Below the pieces are notes generated by a model, which was not told where the DNA came from, ran no database searches, and saw only the letters and a program-made list of their open reading frames with translations. Source: Bacteroidia bacterium (GTDB lineage Bacteria > Bacteroidota > Bacteroidia > NS11-12g > UBA9320). From it: a DNA stretch of 64,000 bases. Made by a program: the position numbers and the translations under genes. Where the stretch lies: contig JAGVMN010000007.1 of assembly GCA_020053795.1 (NCBI GenBank), forward strand, positions 31,248-95,247, given 5' to 3'. Of this stretch, positions 38,222 through 46,459 are shown piece after piece. Numbering within the stretch: the first letter of the stretch is position 1; each line of letters starts with the position of its first letter.

Positions 38222-39571
38222 TCAGACCACAAGTCTTTTTTTCTTAAACCTATCCGAAAAATCTATTTGTTCTTTGATCTGAATTTTCGCCGGAATTTTA
38301 TAGCGGTCAAGACGTTCGGAACAATGTTTTTTGATAACCGATTTTATGGTTAAAGGGTCAATACCCTTTTCCAACGAAACGTTAACAGCCACAATTTGTC
38401 CGGTTATTGAATTTGGCAGCCCGAAAGCTATACAGTCTGTTACTCCATCTATTTCCATCACCACTGATTCAACCTCGGCAGGTAATACTTTTTCTCCGCC
38501 AACGTTGATGAGTTCTTTGGCCCGACCGGTGATTTTTAAAAATCCGTCTTCAGATTCTTCTACCAAATCGCCGGTTTTAAACCAGCCATCCTCAGTAAAA
38601 CTGTCCATATTATGGTTGAGGTAACCCATGATCTGTGTTTTACTTCTCAGCCATAGTTCGCCGTTCACAATTTGAAATTCCTGGTCGGGATCGTCAAATT
38701 TCAAAGAGGTGCTCTCTGACGATTTTGACTGGGTTTTGATGATTCCCGTTTCACTTGTTCCAAAAGTTTGCAAAAACTTTACCCTCAGAAAGGTGTCTTT
38801 CAGCTTTAATAAAAGACTGGCCGGCATCGGTTCTGTGCCATATGTTATCATTCTCAGACTGCTCAGATCATAAGTTTCCTGGCATTTGGCCATCAAAAGA
38901 AGATTCAGGAAAGTAGGGGAGGCCGGCAATACATTCACCTTGTATTTTTCAATCAACTGAGAAACCTTTTCAGGATTTCTGCTGGACGGCAATACTATTG
39001 TGGCACCCATTGCCAGACAATTTAGCAGCGTATTCAGCCCGCCAATATGATCAAACATCAGGAAAACAACGAATACAAGTGATTTGCTTTTCAGGTCCAG
39101 ATATGATTCTACCAAATTGTCGAGATCGTGAACCATGGCTTTTGGTTTTCCCGTGCTTCCACTGCTGAATAGAATCAACCCTGATCGGTTTCTTTGTCTT
39201 ATGGCATGTATAATCGCATGAACCTGATCGGGGAGAAACGTTTCCTTTTTATCGTTTCTCATATCATAGCATAGCGTTGCACCTGAAGCTTCTATTCTTT
39301 CTTTAATCTCCGCCTCATTTGTTGTCGTAATAGGGACACAGATTAATCCCCTTTTAAACATGGAAAGAAAAAAGGCGATGCTCTGAAAACTGTAATCACC
39401 TTTGAGAAAAGTGATGGTTCCGGGTGCAACCTGATCTTGTACCAATACTGAATCAAAATGTTGAATCTGTTCAAGAAGGTCTTTGTAGGTATATGAATTG
39501 TGATTTTCAATCAGAGAAATCTGATTGTCGTGATTTTTGAGGAGTTCTAATAGCCGTAGTGCTTCCCTCAT
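38222..39571 (-). CDS. AMP-binding enzyme (acyl-CoA/acyl-ACP synthetase)
   Basis: FSSGSTGKPK, FGTSETG, GWFKTGD, GRAKELINVGGEKV. Confidence 0.9.
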   Translation of the reverse strand: MREALRLLELLKNHDNQISLIENHNSYTYKDLLEQIQHFDSVLVQDQVAPGTITFLKGDYSFQSIAFFLSMFKRGLICVPITTTNEAEIKERIEASGATLCYDMRNDKKETFLPDQVHAIIHAIRQRNRSGLILFSSGSTGKPKAMVHDLDNLVESYLDLKSKSLVFVVFLMFDHIGGLNTLLNCLAMGATIVLPSSRNPEKVSQLIEKYKVNVLPASPTFLNLLLMAKCQETYDLSSLRMITYGTEPMPASLLLKLKDTFLRVKFLQTFGTSETGIIKTQSKSSESTSLKFDDPDQEFQIVNGELWLRSKTQIMGYLNHNMDSFTEDGWFKTGDLVEESEDGFLKITGRAKELINVGGEKVLPAEVESVVMEIDGVTDCIAFGLPNSITGQIVAVNVSLEKGIDPLTIKSVIKKHCSERLDRYKIPAKIQIKEQIDFSDRFKKKRLVV

Positions 39572-39572
39572 G

Positions 39573-40265
39573 CTAAAATACCCCGCCCAAATAAATCACC
39601 TGGCCGGTTATAAAACCGGATTCGGGTCTGATAAAAAACTCTATAGTGTTCAGTATATCGTCAAAGGTTCCTGGTCTTTTTATCGCCTGGCGATCAATCA
39701 ATTCGTTTATTTTGCCCTTGGGAATGGCTTTAATCAAATCGGTATCCGTTGGTGTGGGGCCAATGGCATTTACGGTAATTCCCAGTTTGCCTACCTCAGT
39801 TGCCATCACTCTTGTCAGAGATTCTACCGCCGATTTACTTGCTGCATAAACAGCTTCTCCTTCAAGGTTCAAGGGCACCGCGACAGTAGAAAAATTGATA
39901 ATTCGCCCCTGCTTTTTTTGCATCATTAGTTTGGCAGCTTCTCTGGAACACAAAAAGGTTCCTTTGAAATTGGTGTCGAACAATTTTGATACGGTACTTC
40001 CCGGAGTGAGTAACAAGTGATTCATTGACGCCATCCCTGCATTGTTGATCAGTACATCGAGTTCTTCTGTGTTTTTTCGAATTTTAGTAAACATGGCTTT
40101 AACCTGCATTTCATCGGCCACATCAGCTGTGAAATGGGTGTAGTTGTGATGAACAAGATCACTTTCAGAACGGCTACAGCCAAATACGACATGACCCTGA
40201 GACAAAAAATGTTCTGCCAGAAATCTGCCAATACCCTTTCTCGATCCGGTAATCAGAATGTTCAT
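39573..40265 (-). CDS. SDR oxidoreductase (FabG-like 3-oxoacyl-ACP reductase)
   Basis: TGSRKGIG, NNAG, YAASK, FITGQ. Confidence 0.9.
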   Translation of the reverse strand: MNILITGSRKGIGRFLAEHFLSQGHVVFGCSRSESDLVHHNYTHFTADVADEMQVKAMFTKIRKNTEELDVLINNAGMASMNHLLLTPGSTVSKLFDTNFKGTFLCSREAAKLMMQKKQGRIINFSTVAVPLNLEGEAVYAASKSAVESLTRVMATEVGKLGITVNAIGPTPTDTDLIKAIPKGKINELIDRQAIKRPGTFDDILNTIEFFIRPESGFITGQVIYLGGVF

Positions 40266-40639
40266 TTTTCTGTCAGGTATGCAAATGATTGAGGTGGAAA
40301 TAATTTAAAGTCCGCTCTCAAACATTTTGGTTTTTTATACTTTATGGTATTCCTTATTTTAATAGCAAAACCTTGGTCTTTGTCTGCAAAGTATTTGTAG
40401 TAATAGTCTTCTGATATACCTGAATGTTCTTGTGTCAATGTCCAAAGAGTTTGCAGGTCATAGTTTAAAATATCTTCAATTTCAAACTCGCCAATAACTT
40501 GTTGAACCGGTGATGAAGCATAAACGATTACCGATTTGACGTTCTCGTTCTTGAATATTGATTTTCTAAACTCAAATTTCTTTGAGCCATCAAATATTTT
40601 AAAGGCAAATTCCGGTTTTATTGATAAAACTACTTTCAT
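40262..40639 (-). CDS. ASCH domain protein
   Basis: LSIKPEFA.KIFDGSKKFEFRK, YASSPV, PPQSF.Y; start at MKVVLS. Confidence 0.88.
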   Translation of the reverse strand: MKVVLSIKPEFAFKIFDGSKKFEFRKSIFKNENVKSVIVYASSPVQQVIGEFEIEDILNYDLQTLWTLTQEHSGISEDYYYKYFADKDQGFAIKIRNTIKYKKPKCLRADFKLFPPQSFAYLTEK

Positions 40640-40640
40640 A

Positions 40641-42167
40641 TTATTTTGTCCTGTTGTAAGCAAAATTGATTAAGTCGTCAAACTGCTTTGAAGTCAATTT
40701 TGCAAATCCTTTTGGTAAACTCATTGAGTCTGCGAATATGCCTAAGTTTATTAAATCATTCAATGTCGGTTTAGGTGTTGGTAAAGAATGTGCATAAAGG
40801 AAATTGATAATAAATGGCTTGTATTTTGGGAACTTGTTCCACCATTTGTCAAGCAAGTCTTCTTTGGGAATCATTGTTCTGCGATTGCAATTATTAAAAA
40901 AGTCATCAAAGTCTTTGAAACCATCTTTAATACTTTCAACTATGCAAATTGTAGTTAATGTGCTCGAATACTTTTTTGGTGCTGTTTCCCCAATTCTATA
41001 TATGAGAACAATGTCACCTGATTTTAAATTTCTGTCGGGTGAGTGAGAAATATACACCTTGCTAATTCTGTTTCTATGAGGTTCATTTTCGGTATATTTC
41101 GCCTTATCTTCTCTTGTATTTATACTGTCTGGGAATAATTCTGTGTGATATTGAGGTTCAATTCTAATGAGGTATTTATCTGTCTCCCTTGAGAAGAATG
41201 GGAATGTCAATTTTGGATTTTCGATGTTAACGGGTAAGTTCTTACCGAACTCTCTAACATAAACCAATTCTTCGCCATTTTTAGATGTTTTAATGCCATG
41301 CTGGTAAAAACCCCATTCTTCGAGCATCTCTATTAATTGTTCTTGCTCTGGTCGTTTATTAAAAATAGTGACGTAAATTTCTTCAACTCTAAAAAGTAAA
41401 GCATTATCAAAAACAGTTTTTAAAAATCGTTCGCCAATTTTATATCCATTGCTTGAAACCTTAAGAGTTCCAATTTTTAATCGTTTTTTTGGTTTAAATA
41501 CAGGCGTTATATCAGAATAATCTTCTTCTCCCGGTTTCTCAATTTTAATGTATAAAAAAGCCGTTAATTGATTGTCACTATAGCAAAGGTAACAAGGATG
41601 TTCCGCTTTGCTATTGAACCACTTGTCAAACTCTTGATAGTCGAGGCGAAAACTGTCGAAAAAACTGTCTTTCAAATCAACTTCGCCAAAGTCGACCTTT
41701 TTAACAGCCAAAACTTTGTGTGAAATAAGGTCAGGGTTCTCTGCGGTTACCTTTTCTAAGAAACTTTGAATTCTATAAACTCTGCCACCTATTCCAAGAA
41801 GATGAGCTTTAGTGTGTATTTTCTTATCTTCAGAAATTAAAAGGTCAATTCTGTTTTCAAATACTTCATTTAGGATTTGAGTATCGTTCAGATCATTCGG
41901 TGTATTGTCAACTTGTTGGCTAATTTGTTTGATTGTCTCGCTTAATGGTGCCTGATGTTTGAGTTGATTGTAACTTTCTATCTTGATATTCATTGACTTT
42001 AAAGAGTTCTGGTCTTTATACCTGTTTAACTCAATGATTGTCAAAGGATGAATGTATTTGTTGTATTTAAGTTTGTCGAGCCAATAGAATAGCTGTCCGA
42101 TGTCAAGTTTGTAAATCTTGTCAGCTTCCCTGTGAATTATAATATTGGTGTCGAGTAATACTTTCAC
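40641..42167 (-). CDS. PIN-domain + GNAT + putative EVE/PUA-like domain protein
   Basis: LLDTNII..E..D..SED (PIN acidic residues); LKIGTLKV...GERFL...YVT...WGF (GNAT); P.YHT.LFP, KVYIS, LKSGDIVLIYR (EVE-like). Confidence 0.75.
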   Translation of the reverse strand: MKVLLDTNIIIHREADKIYKLDIGQLFYWLDKLKYNKYIHPLTIIELNRYKDQNSLKSMNIKIESYNQLKHQAPLSETIKQISQQVDNTPNDLNDTQILNEVFENRIDLLISEDKKIHTKAHLLGIGGRVYRIQSFLEKVTAENPDLISHKVLAVKKVDFGEVDLKDSFFDSFRLDYQEFDKWFNSKAEHPCYLCYSDNQLTAFLYIKIEKPGEEDYSDITPVFKPKKRLKIGTLKVSSNGYKIGERFLKTVFDNALLFRVEEIYVTIFNKRPEQEQLIEMLEEWGFYQHGIKTSKNGEELVYVREFGKNLPVNIENPKLTFPFFSRETDKYLIRIEPQYHTELFPDSINTREDKAKYTENEPHRNRISKVYISHSPDRNLKSGDIVLIYRIGETAPKKYSSTLTTICIVESIKDGFKDFDDFFNNCNRRTMIPKEDLLDKWWNKFPKYKPFIINFLYAHSLPTPKPTLNDLINLGIFADSMSLPKGFAKLTSKQFDDLINFAYNRTK

Positions 42168-42178
42168 CTAATTCTGTT

Positions 42179-42502
42179 TCAAGTTTTGGTGTCGTCCTTT
42201 TGCATAGCACATAACTCCTCAATATATTCAACGAGTAACCCAACACTTGCAAAAGGACTTACGCGTCTGGACATGGCTTTCTCATCTGCCAGCACTATGG
42301 AAATTCCAAATTCATCTTCTATGGCTTCTTCAATACTGACTACCAGAGAAACAAGATCTATTGAGTCAAGGCCCGCGTCACCTCCAAAAAGGCGGGTGGC
42401 ATTGCCATTCTTTAAATCGATCTTGTTTTCTATTTCTTCATTGAACTGCAGGATTGTGTTGGTAACTACCTGATAAATCCGTTCTTTGGTATTCTGACTC
42501 AT
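42179..42502 (-). CDS. Acyl carrier protein
   Basis: GLDSIDLV phosphopantetheine site, IEEAIEDEFG; acidic, 107 aa. Confidence 0.85.
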   Translation of the reverse strand: MSQNTKERIYQVVTNTILQFNEEIENKIDLKNGNATRLFGGDAGLDSIDLVSLVVSIEEAIEDEFGISIVLADEKAMSRRVSPFASVGLLVEYIEELCAMQKDDTKT

Positions 42503-42531
42503 TTGGTGATGCTTTTAATATAGATGATGCT

Positions 42532-43065
42532 TTATCTGATTAAGATTCTCATGTATTTATTCAGCTTTTCCCGGAAGACCGATTTTTGCAATACGCCTTT
42601 GACGACGGATTTGTTCTCGGTATCATTAATCTCAAAGCCGAGGGATTTGTTAAACCTAATGGCAGGCATGTTGCTCGACAAAATGCTACATGAAACCGTT
42701 TCAAGATTCAGTTGTTCAAAACCGAATTCAAGTAAAGAAAAAACAGCTTTTGACGTATAGGCACTTCCCTGAGATTTCTCTCCGAACATAAATATGCCAT
42801 ATTCGGCAGTTTTCTTTTCATAATCAACATCTTTCAAGTCAACCAGTCCAATATTGCCCAAACCTGTTGTCTGAATCACAAAGTAGTAGTTGGCCCGGTT
42901 GTTTACCTTCTCAAACCAATGTGCCTGATCGTTTTCTGAAATTTCTGATTGATACACCATGAAGTTTTTAACCGAGCTGGAGTTTCTCCAATATCTCACT
43001 TCCTCCAAATGTTCAGCCTTCAGTCTGCTAAGTACGACGCCATAATTGGCAATTTCCATGATCAT
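42532..43065 (-). CDS. GNAT N-acyltransferase (PseH-like)
   Basis: VRYWRN, AEYGIF, N.PAIRFNKSLGF. Confidence 0.82.
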   Translation of the reverse strand: MIMEIANYGVVLSRLKAEHLEEVRYWRNSSSVKNFMVYQSEISENDQAHWFEKVNNRANYYFVIQTTGLGNIGLVDLKDVDYEKKTAEYGIFMFGEKSQGSAYTSKAVFSLLEFGFEQLNLETVSCSILSSNMPAIRFNKSLGFEINDTENKSVVKGVLQKSVFREKLNKYMRILIR

Positions 43066-43083
43066 GTTAATGAAAAATACATA

Positions 43084-44364
43084 TTAAAGCCTGCAGTCGA
43101 CCATTTCTTCGGTGAAGAATCCTTTAACATCGTAAACCAGGCCTTTAGCAGTCAATAGTTCCCTTGGGTTGATATGTTTGAACTCATTGTGCCCAACGGT
43201 CAGTACGACAACGTCATAAGCAGATGGTTCCATTTTAGTAACCAATTCAAGCCCGAACTCTGATTTAATTTCTTCGTTGTTTGCCCATGGATCGTAAACA
43301 GAAATAGCAATGGAATAGGCCATCAGTTCCCTGATTACGTCGATGACTTTAGTGTTTCTGATGTCTGTGCAGTTTTCCTTAAATGTGATCCCAAGTATCA
43401 GTGCTTTAGCAGCCTTTATATTGGTACCTTTTTTTATCATCTGCTTAACCACTTCGCCCGCAATGTAGGCTCCCATGCCATCGTTTGTGCGTCTGCCTGC
43501 CAAAATCAATTCAGGGTGATAACCCATCTCTTCTGCTTTTTGAGCCAGATAATAAGGATCCACACCGATGCAATGTCCGCCAACCAATCCCGGTTTAAAG
43601 GGTAAAAAGTTCCATTTTGTTCCCGCAGCTTCCAGCACAGCGTTGGTGTCTATATCCAACTTGTTGAATATTTTAGCGAGTTCGTTGACAAAAGCAATAT
43701 TGATGTCGCGTTGTGTATTCTCAATCACTTTTGCTGCTTCGGCAACTTTGATTGATGGGGCCCTGTGTGTGCCGGCGGTTATTACCGAAGCGTAAAGATC
43801 ATCAACACGTTCAGCGATTTCAGACGTAGAACCGGAAGTCACCTTTTTAACCCGTTCCACAGTGTGTAGCTTATCTCCTGGGTTTACCCTTTCAGGAGAA
43901 TAGCCCGCGAAAAAATCAATATTGTAACGAAGTCCGGAGCTTTTTTCCACCACTGGGATGCACTCTTCTTCTGTTGCACCCGGATATACGGTTGACTCGT
44001 AGATCACCAGGTCGCCCTTTGATAAAACCTTTCCAACAGTTTCGCTGGCAGCAACCAAATAACTGAGATCGGGAATATTCCTGAAATCAACTGGTGTAGG
44101 AACCGTAATGATATAAATATTGCATCCGGCAATGTCCTCGGTATCACAGCTAATGAAAAATCCGGGCTGACTCAGGTCAAGATTTTTTTTCAGTACCTGA
44201 TTCAGATTTTCGTCGGTAACTTCTAAAGTTAAATCGTTGCCGTTATTTAACTCATTGACCCGTTTCTGACTTATATCAAAACCAACAACGGGGTATTTCT
44301 TTGCAAAAGCAATGGCGAGTGGAAGCCCAACGTAGCCGAGGCCTATCATGCAGATTTTATTCAT
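43084..44364 (-). CDS. Nucleotide-sugar dehydrogenase (WbpO/TviB-like UDP-HexNAc 6-dehydrogenase)
   Basis: GLGYVGLP, YESTVYPG, SPER, KVIENTQRD, GGHCIGVDPYYL. Confidence 0.93.
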   Translation of the reverse strand: MNKICMIGLGYVGLPLAIAFAKKYPVVGFDISQKRVNELNNGNDLTLEVTDENLNQVLKKNLDLSQPGFFISCDTEDIAGCNIYIITVPTPVDFRNIPDLSYLVAASETVGKVLSKGDLVIYESTVYPGATEEECIPVVEKSSGLRYNIDFFAGYSPERVNPGDKLHTVERVKKVTSGSTSEIAERVDDLYASVITAGTHRAPSIKVAEAAKVIENTQRDINIAFVNELAKIFNKLDIDTNAVLEAAGTKWNFLPFKPGLVGGHCIGVDPYYLAQKAEEMGYHPELILAGRRTNDGMGAYIAGEVVKQMIKKGTNIKAAKALILGITFKENCTDIRNTKVIDVIRELMAYSIAISVYDPWANNEEIKSEFGLELVTKMEPSAYDVVVLTVGHNEFKHINPRELLTAKGLVYDVKGFFTEEMVDCRL

Positions 44365-44446
44365 TTGACTCTGATTTTTTTAGAAATCGTTTTTTCTGTC
44401 ATTTTCACAGCTCCGCTCCTTCAGTCACATTCAGACTTTGCACTTA

Positions 44447-44472
44447 TTGAGTAATAAAAGTACTCAAAATTA
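44447..44472 (-). promoter_or_regulatory. Glycan-operon promoter (-7 element) overlapped by a palindromic operator
   Basis: TTGAGTA-N7-TACTCAA (44447-44467) overlapping TAATTTTG (minus strand, 44465-44472). Confidence 0.65.
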
Positions 44473-44738
44473 CCTAAAATTTTGATGAAAACTACCTTAA
44501 ATCAACTTATTAGCTCCTATTGAATTATTCACAGATAGTTGATTAAGAGGCGGACTGTATCCCACTTTTGGATATTGTGAAAAGCAAAAAGTCACGGAAG
44601 TCAATTGCAGCAGGCAACACACTACTTCAGGTAATTAAATTCAAGAATGTCTTTAGATTTGGACTGATGGTTTTCTATGTGGGTTAAGTTGCCGGAGCAG
44701 CATGAGTAAACAACCCTGTCTGAAAACAACGACCGGAT

Positions 44739-44794
44739 ATTTTGTAGGGTTGATAGATGTATAGGTTGTAGGGTTGAAAAGTTGAAGGGTCTAA
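44739..44794. repeat. Degenerate octamer tandem repeat
   Basis: GGGTTGAT AGATGTAT AGGTTGTA GGGTTGAA AAGTTGAA GGGTCTAA. Confidence 0.6.
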
Positions 44795-44800
44795 TTTATT

Positions 44801-44841
44801 AACCTGAAACCTGAGACCTGAAACCTGAAACTTGGGACTTG
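44801..44841. repeat. Heptamer tandem repeat
   Basis: AACCTGA AACCTGA GACCTGA AACCTGA AACTTGG GACTTG. Confidence 0.75.
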
Positions 44842-44935
44842 TAATTTGAGCGTAGGGCCTTGTTGCGTTTGGTGTCTTCTGTGCTTCTATTTTCGCAGAT
44901 GACATAGGATATACGAGTGAACCCAAGTTCTTCCC

Positions 44936-45000
44936 ATCGGTGTTAATACGGATACGCCATCCGTAATAACACGGATACCCGCATCCGTGTAAACACTGAT
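44936..45000. repeat. Twin palindromes enclosed by an outer inverted repeat
   Basis: TACGGAT-N5-ATCCGTA and ACACGGAT-N6-ATCCGTGT, flanked by ATCGGTGTT / AACACTGAT. Confidence 0.65.
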
Positions 45001-45037
45001 ATTTACAAATCATTAGTTATATTGGAATTTTGTTTTA

Positions 45038-45045
45038 TACGTTTG
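45038..45045 (+). promoter_or_regulatory. -7 promoter element
   Basis: TACGTTTG upstream of the ORF at 45122. Confidence 0.55.
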
Positions 45046-45121
45046 TCAGTAATTCTACCAGCCGTTAAGCATAAAGAAATATAATAACCTATCAACTAAT
45101 CAACCAAGTAACCCACCCACC

Positions 45122-46312
45122 ATGCCCATAAAAAGCAATATTCTCGAAATTCTGATCTCGCTAACCCTGATCTATGCCTTTCTCAGTATTCTGGTTTCCG
45201 TATTGCTGGAATGGTTCAACCACTGGCAAAAGAGCCGGGCAAAAATGTTGCACGACACCATCGAGCAAATGCTCCTGGACCCAGTCAACCTGTCGTATGG
45301 TCATCTGTTTTTCAACCATCCTATGATCAGCGGCATGCGGGGTAAAGCCAATGACCGGCCGCCATCTTATATTTCATCTTCCATGTTTGCCGATGTGCTG
45401 ATAGATGTAATCGCTGCCCAAAGTCGCCATGGACAAAAACTGGAACCCGTGAAAGACGATAAGGGGAATGTGACCGGCTACCAAAAAGTCGGGAGTGTAC
45501 CGGTATCGGTCAGAACACTTTTTAATGAATCACTGGTTAATATGAATGCCAGTCCGCTGAACGACCTGATTGCCGGGATGTGGGAAAAGGCCGAAGGCGA
45601 TCTGGACAAACTGAAACTGCATATTGAAGGCTGGTTTAACAACCAGATGGACAGGGCCAGCGGTTGGTACAAAACCAAACAAAGAAGCAAACTGCTGATC
45701 TTCGGATTTGCGGTGGCCATTTTGCTGAACGTAGATACCCTTCATATTGTCAAGGTGCTGAGCATAGACGAAGGTACCCGCACCAAATTGGTTGATGTCT
45801 CCATGAACGTAGCCGAGAACTATGAGAAACTGAGTGACGACGCGAAAAAGGATGATGCCGCCCTTTGGGAAGTTCTGAAAGCTTCGGTTCCCGATTCTCT
45901 GAAAAGCGATACTTCATTACTCAAAAAACACATGGGTAGGGTTAAAGACTCCTTGTCACTCGAATATCTCCTAAAAGCCGATAGTGTGCTTGGTCTCGCT
46001 GCCGGACTCAACATGCCCATTGGCTGGAACATGGAATCGGCCCCTAAAAGCTGGGATTTGAAATGCCTCTTTTGTAGCAGGTGTTGCCCACCTGAAAGAC
46101 ATCCCAAACGCAGCACAGGCCTGATAGCATACAACCAACACCGAAATGAATGCAGCACCTGGGGCAATCTCCTGATGTATTTGCTCGGTATCACCATCAG
46201 CGGCATCTCCCTTAGTTTCGGAGCACCGTTTTGGTTTGAGTTGCTGGTGAAGTTTGTGAATATCAGGAAGGCGGGGGTCAAGCCAAAGGTTGCTAAGAAG
46301 GAAAAGAAATGA
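45122..46312 (+). CDS. Conserved hypothetical membrane protein
   Basis: N-terminal TM, WFNNQMDRASGWYK, C-terminal SFGAPFWFELL.K...RKAG.KP motif. Confidence 0.75.
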   Translation: MPIKSNILEILISLTLIYAFLSILVSVLLEWFNHWQKSRAKMLHDTIEQMLLDPVNLSYGHLFFNHPMISGMRGKANDRPPSYISSSMFADVLIDVIAAQSRHGQKLEPVKDDKGNVTGYQKVGSVPVSVRTLFNESLVNMNASPLNDLIAGMWEKAEGDLDKLKLHIEGWFNNQMDRASGWYKTKQRSKLLIFGFAVAILLNVDTLHIVKVLSIDEGTRTKLVDVSMNVAENYEKLSDDAKKDDAALWEVLKASVPDSLKSDTSLLKKHMGRVKDSLSLEYLLKADSVLGLAAGLNMPIGWNMESAPKSWDLKCLFCSRCCPPERHPKRSTGLIAYNQHRNECSTWGNLLMYLLGITISGISLSFGAPFWFELLVKFVNIRKAGVKPKVAKKEKK

Positions 46313-46360
46313 AAGTGTGGGGGTGGAAGGGTTGAATGGTGGAAAGGTTTAAAAGTTGAT
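46313..46360. repeat. Degenerate octamer tandem repeat
   Basis: AAGTGTGG GGGTGGAA GGGTTGAA TGGTGGAA AGGTTTAA AAGTTGAT. Confidence 0.6.
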
Positions 46361-46384
46361 TTTCCTGTATTACGGAATATAGAA

Positions 46385-46407
46385 TAGCCCCGTACTTTAG
46401 TGCGGGG
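46385..46407. repeat. REP-like short hairpin
   Basis: TAG-CCCCGTAC-TTTA-GTGCGGGG. Confidence 0.5.
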
Positions 46408-46459
46408 AAAGAAGAAAGAAGGTTAAAATAGATTTGATTTGATTGTATAAAATGAGAAT

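Noticed and set aside
44406..44419. ops/JUMPstart-like motif in the operon leader (GGAGCGGAGCTGTG, minus strand)
   Set aside because: Only a loose resemblance to GGCGGTAG, and no RfaH/UpxY gene in the window.
44525..44533. DnaA-box match TTATTCACA
   Set aside because: Single box with no cluster or origin-associated genes.
44739..45000. Possible CRISPR array
   Set aside because: Repeats are 7-8 bp tandem units or two palindromes without unique spacers; no cas genes.
44684..45013. 109-aa minus-strand ORF
   Set aside because: Its translation is built from the tandem repeats and palindromes (FQVSGLRFQV); unlikely to be coding.
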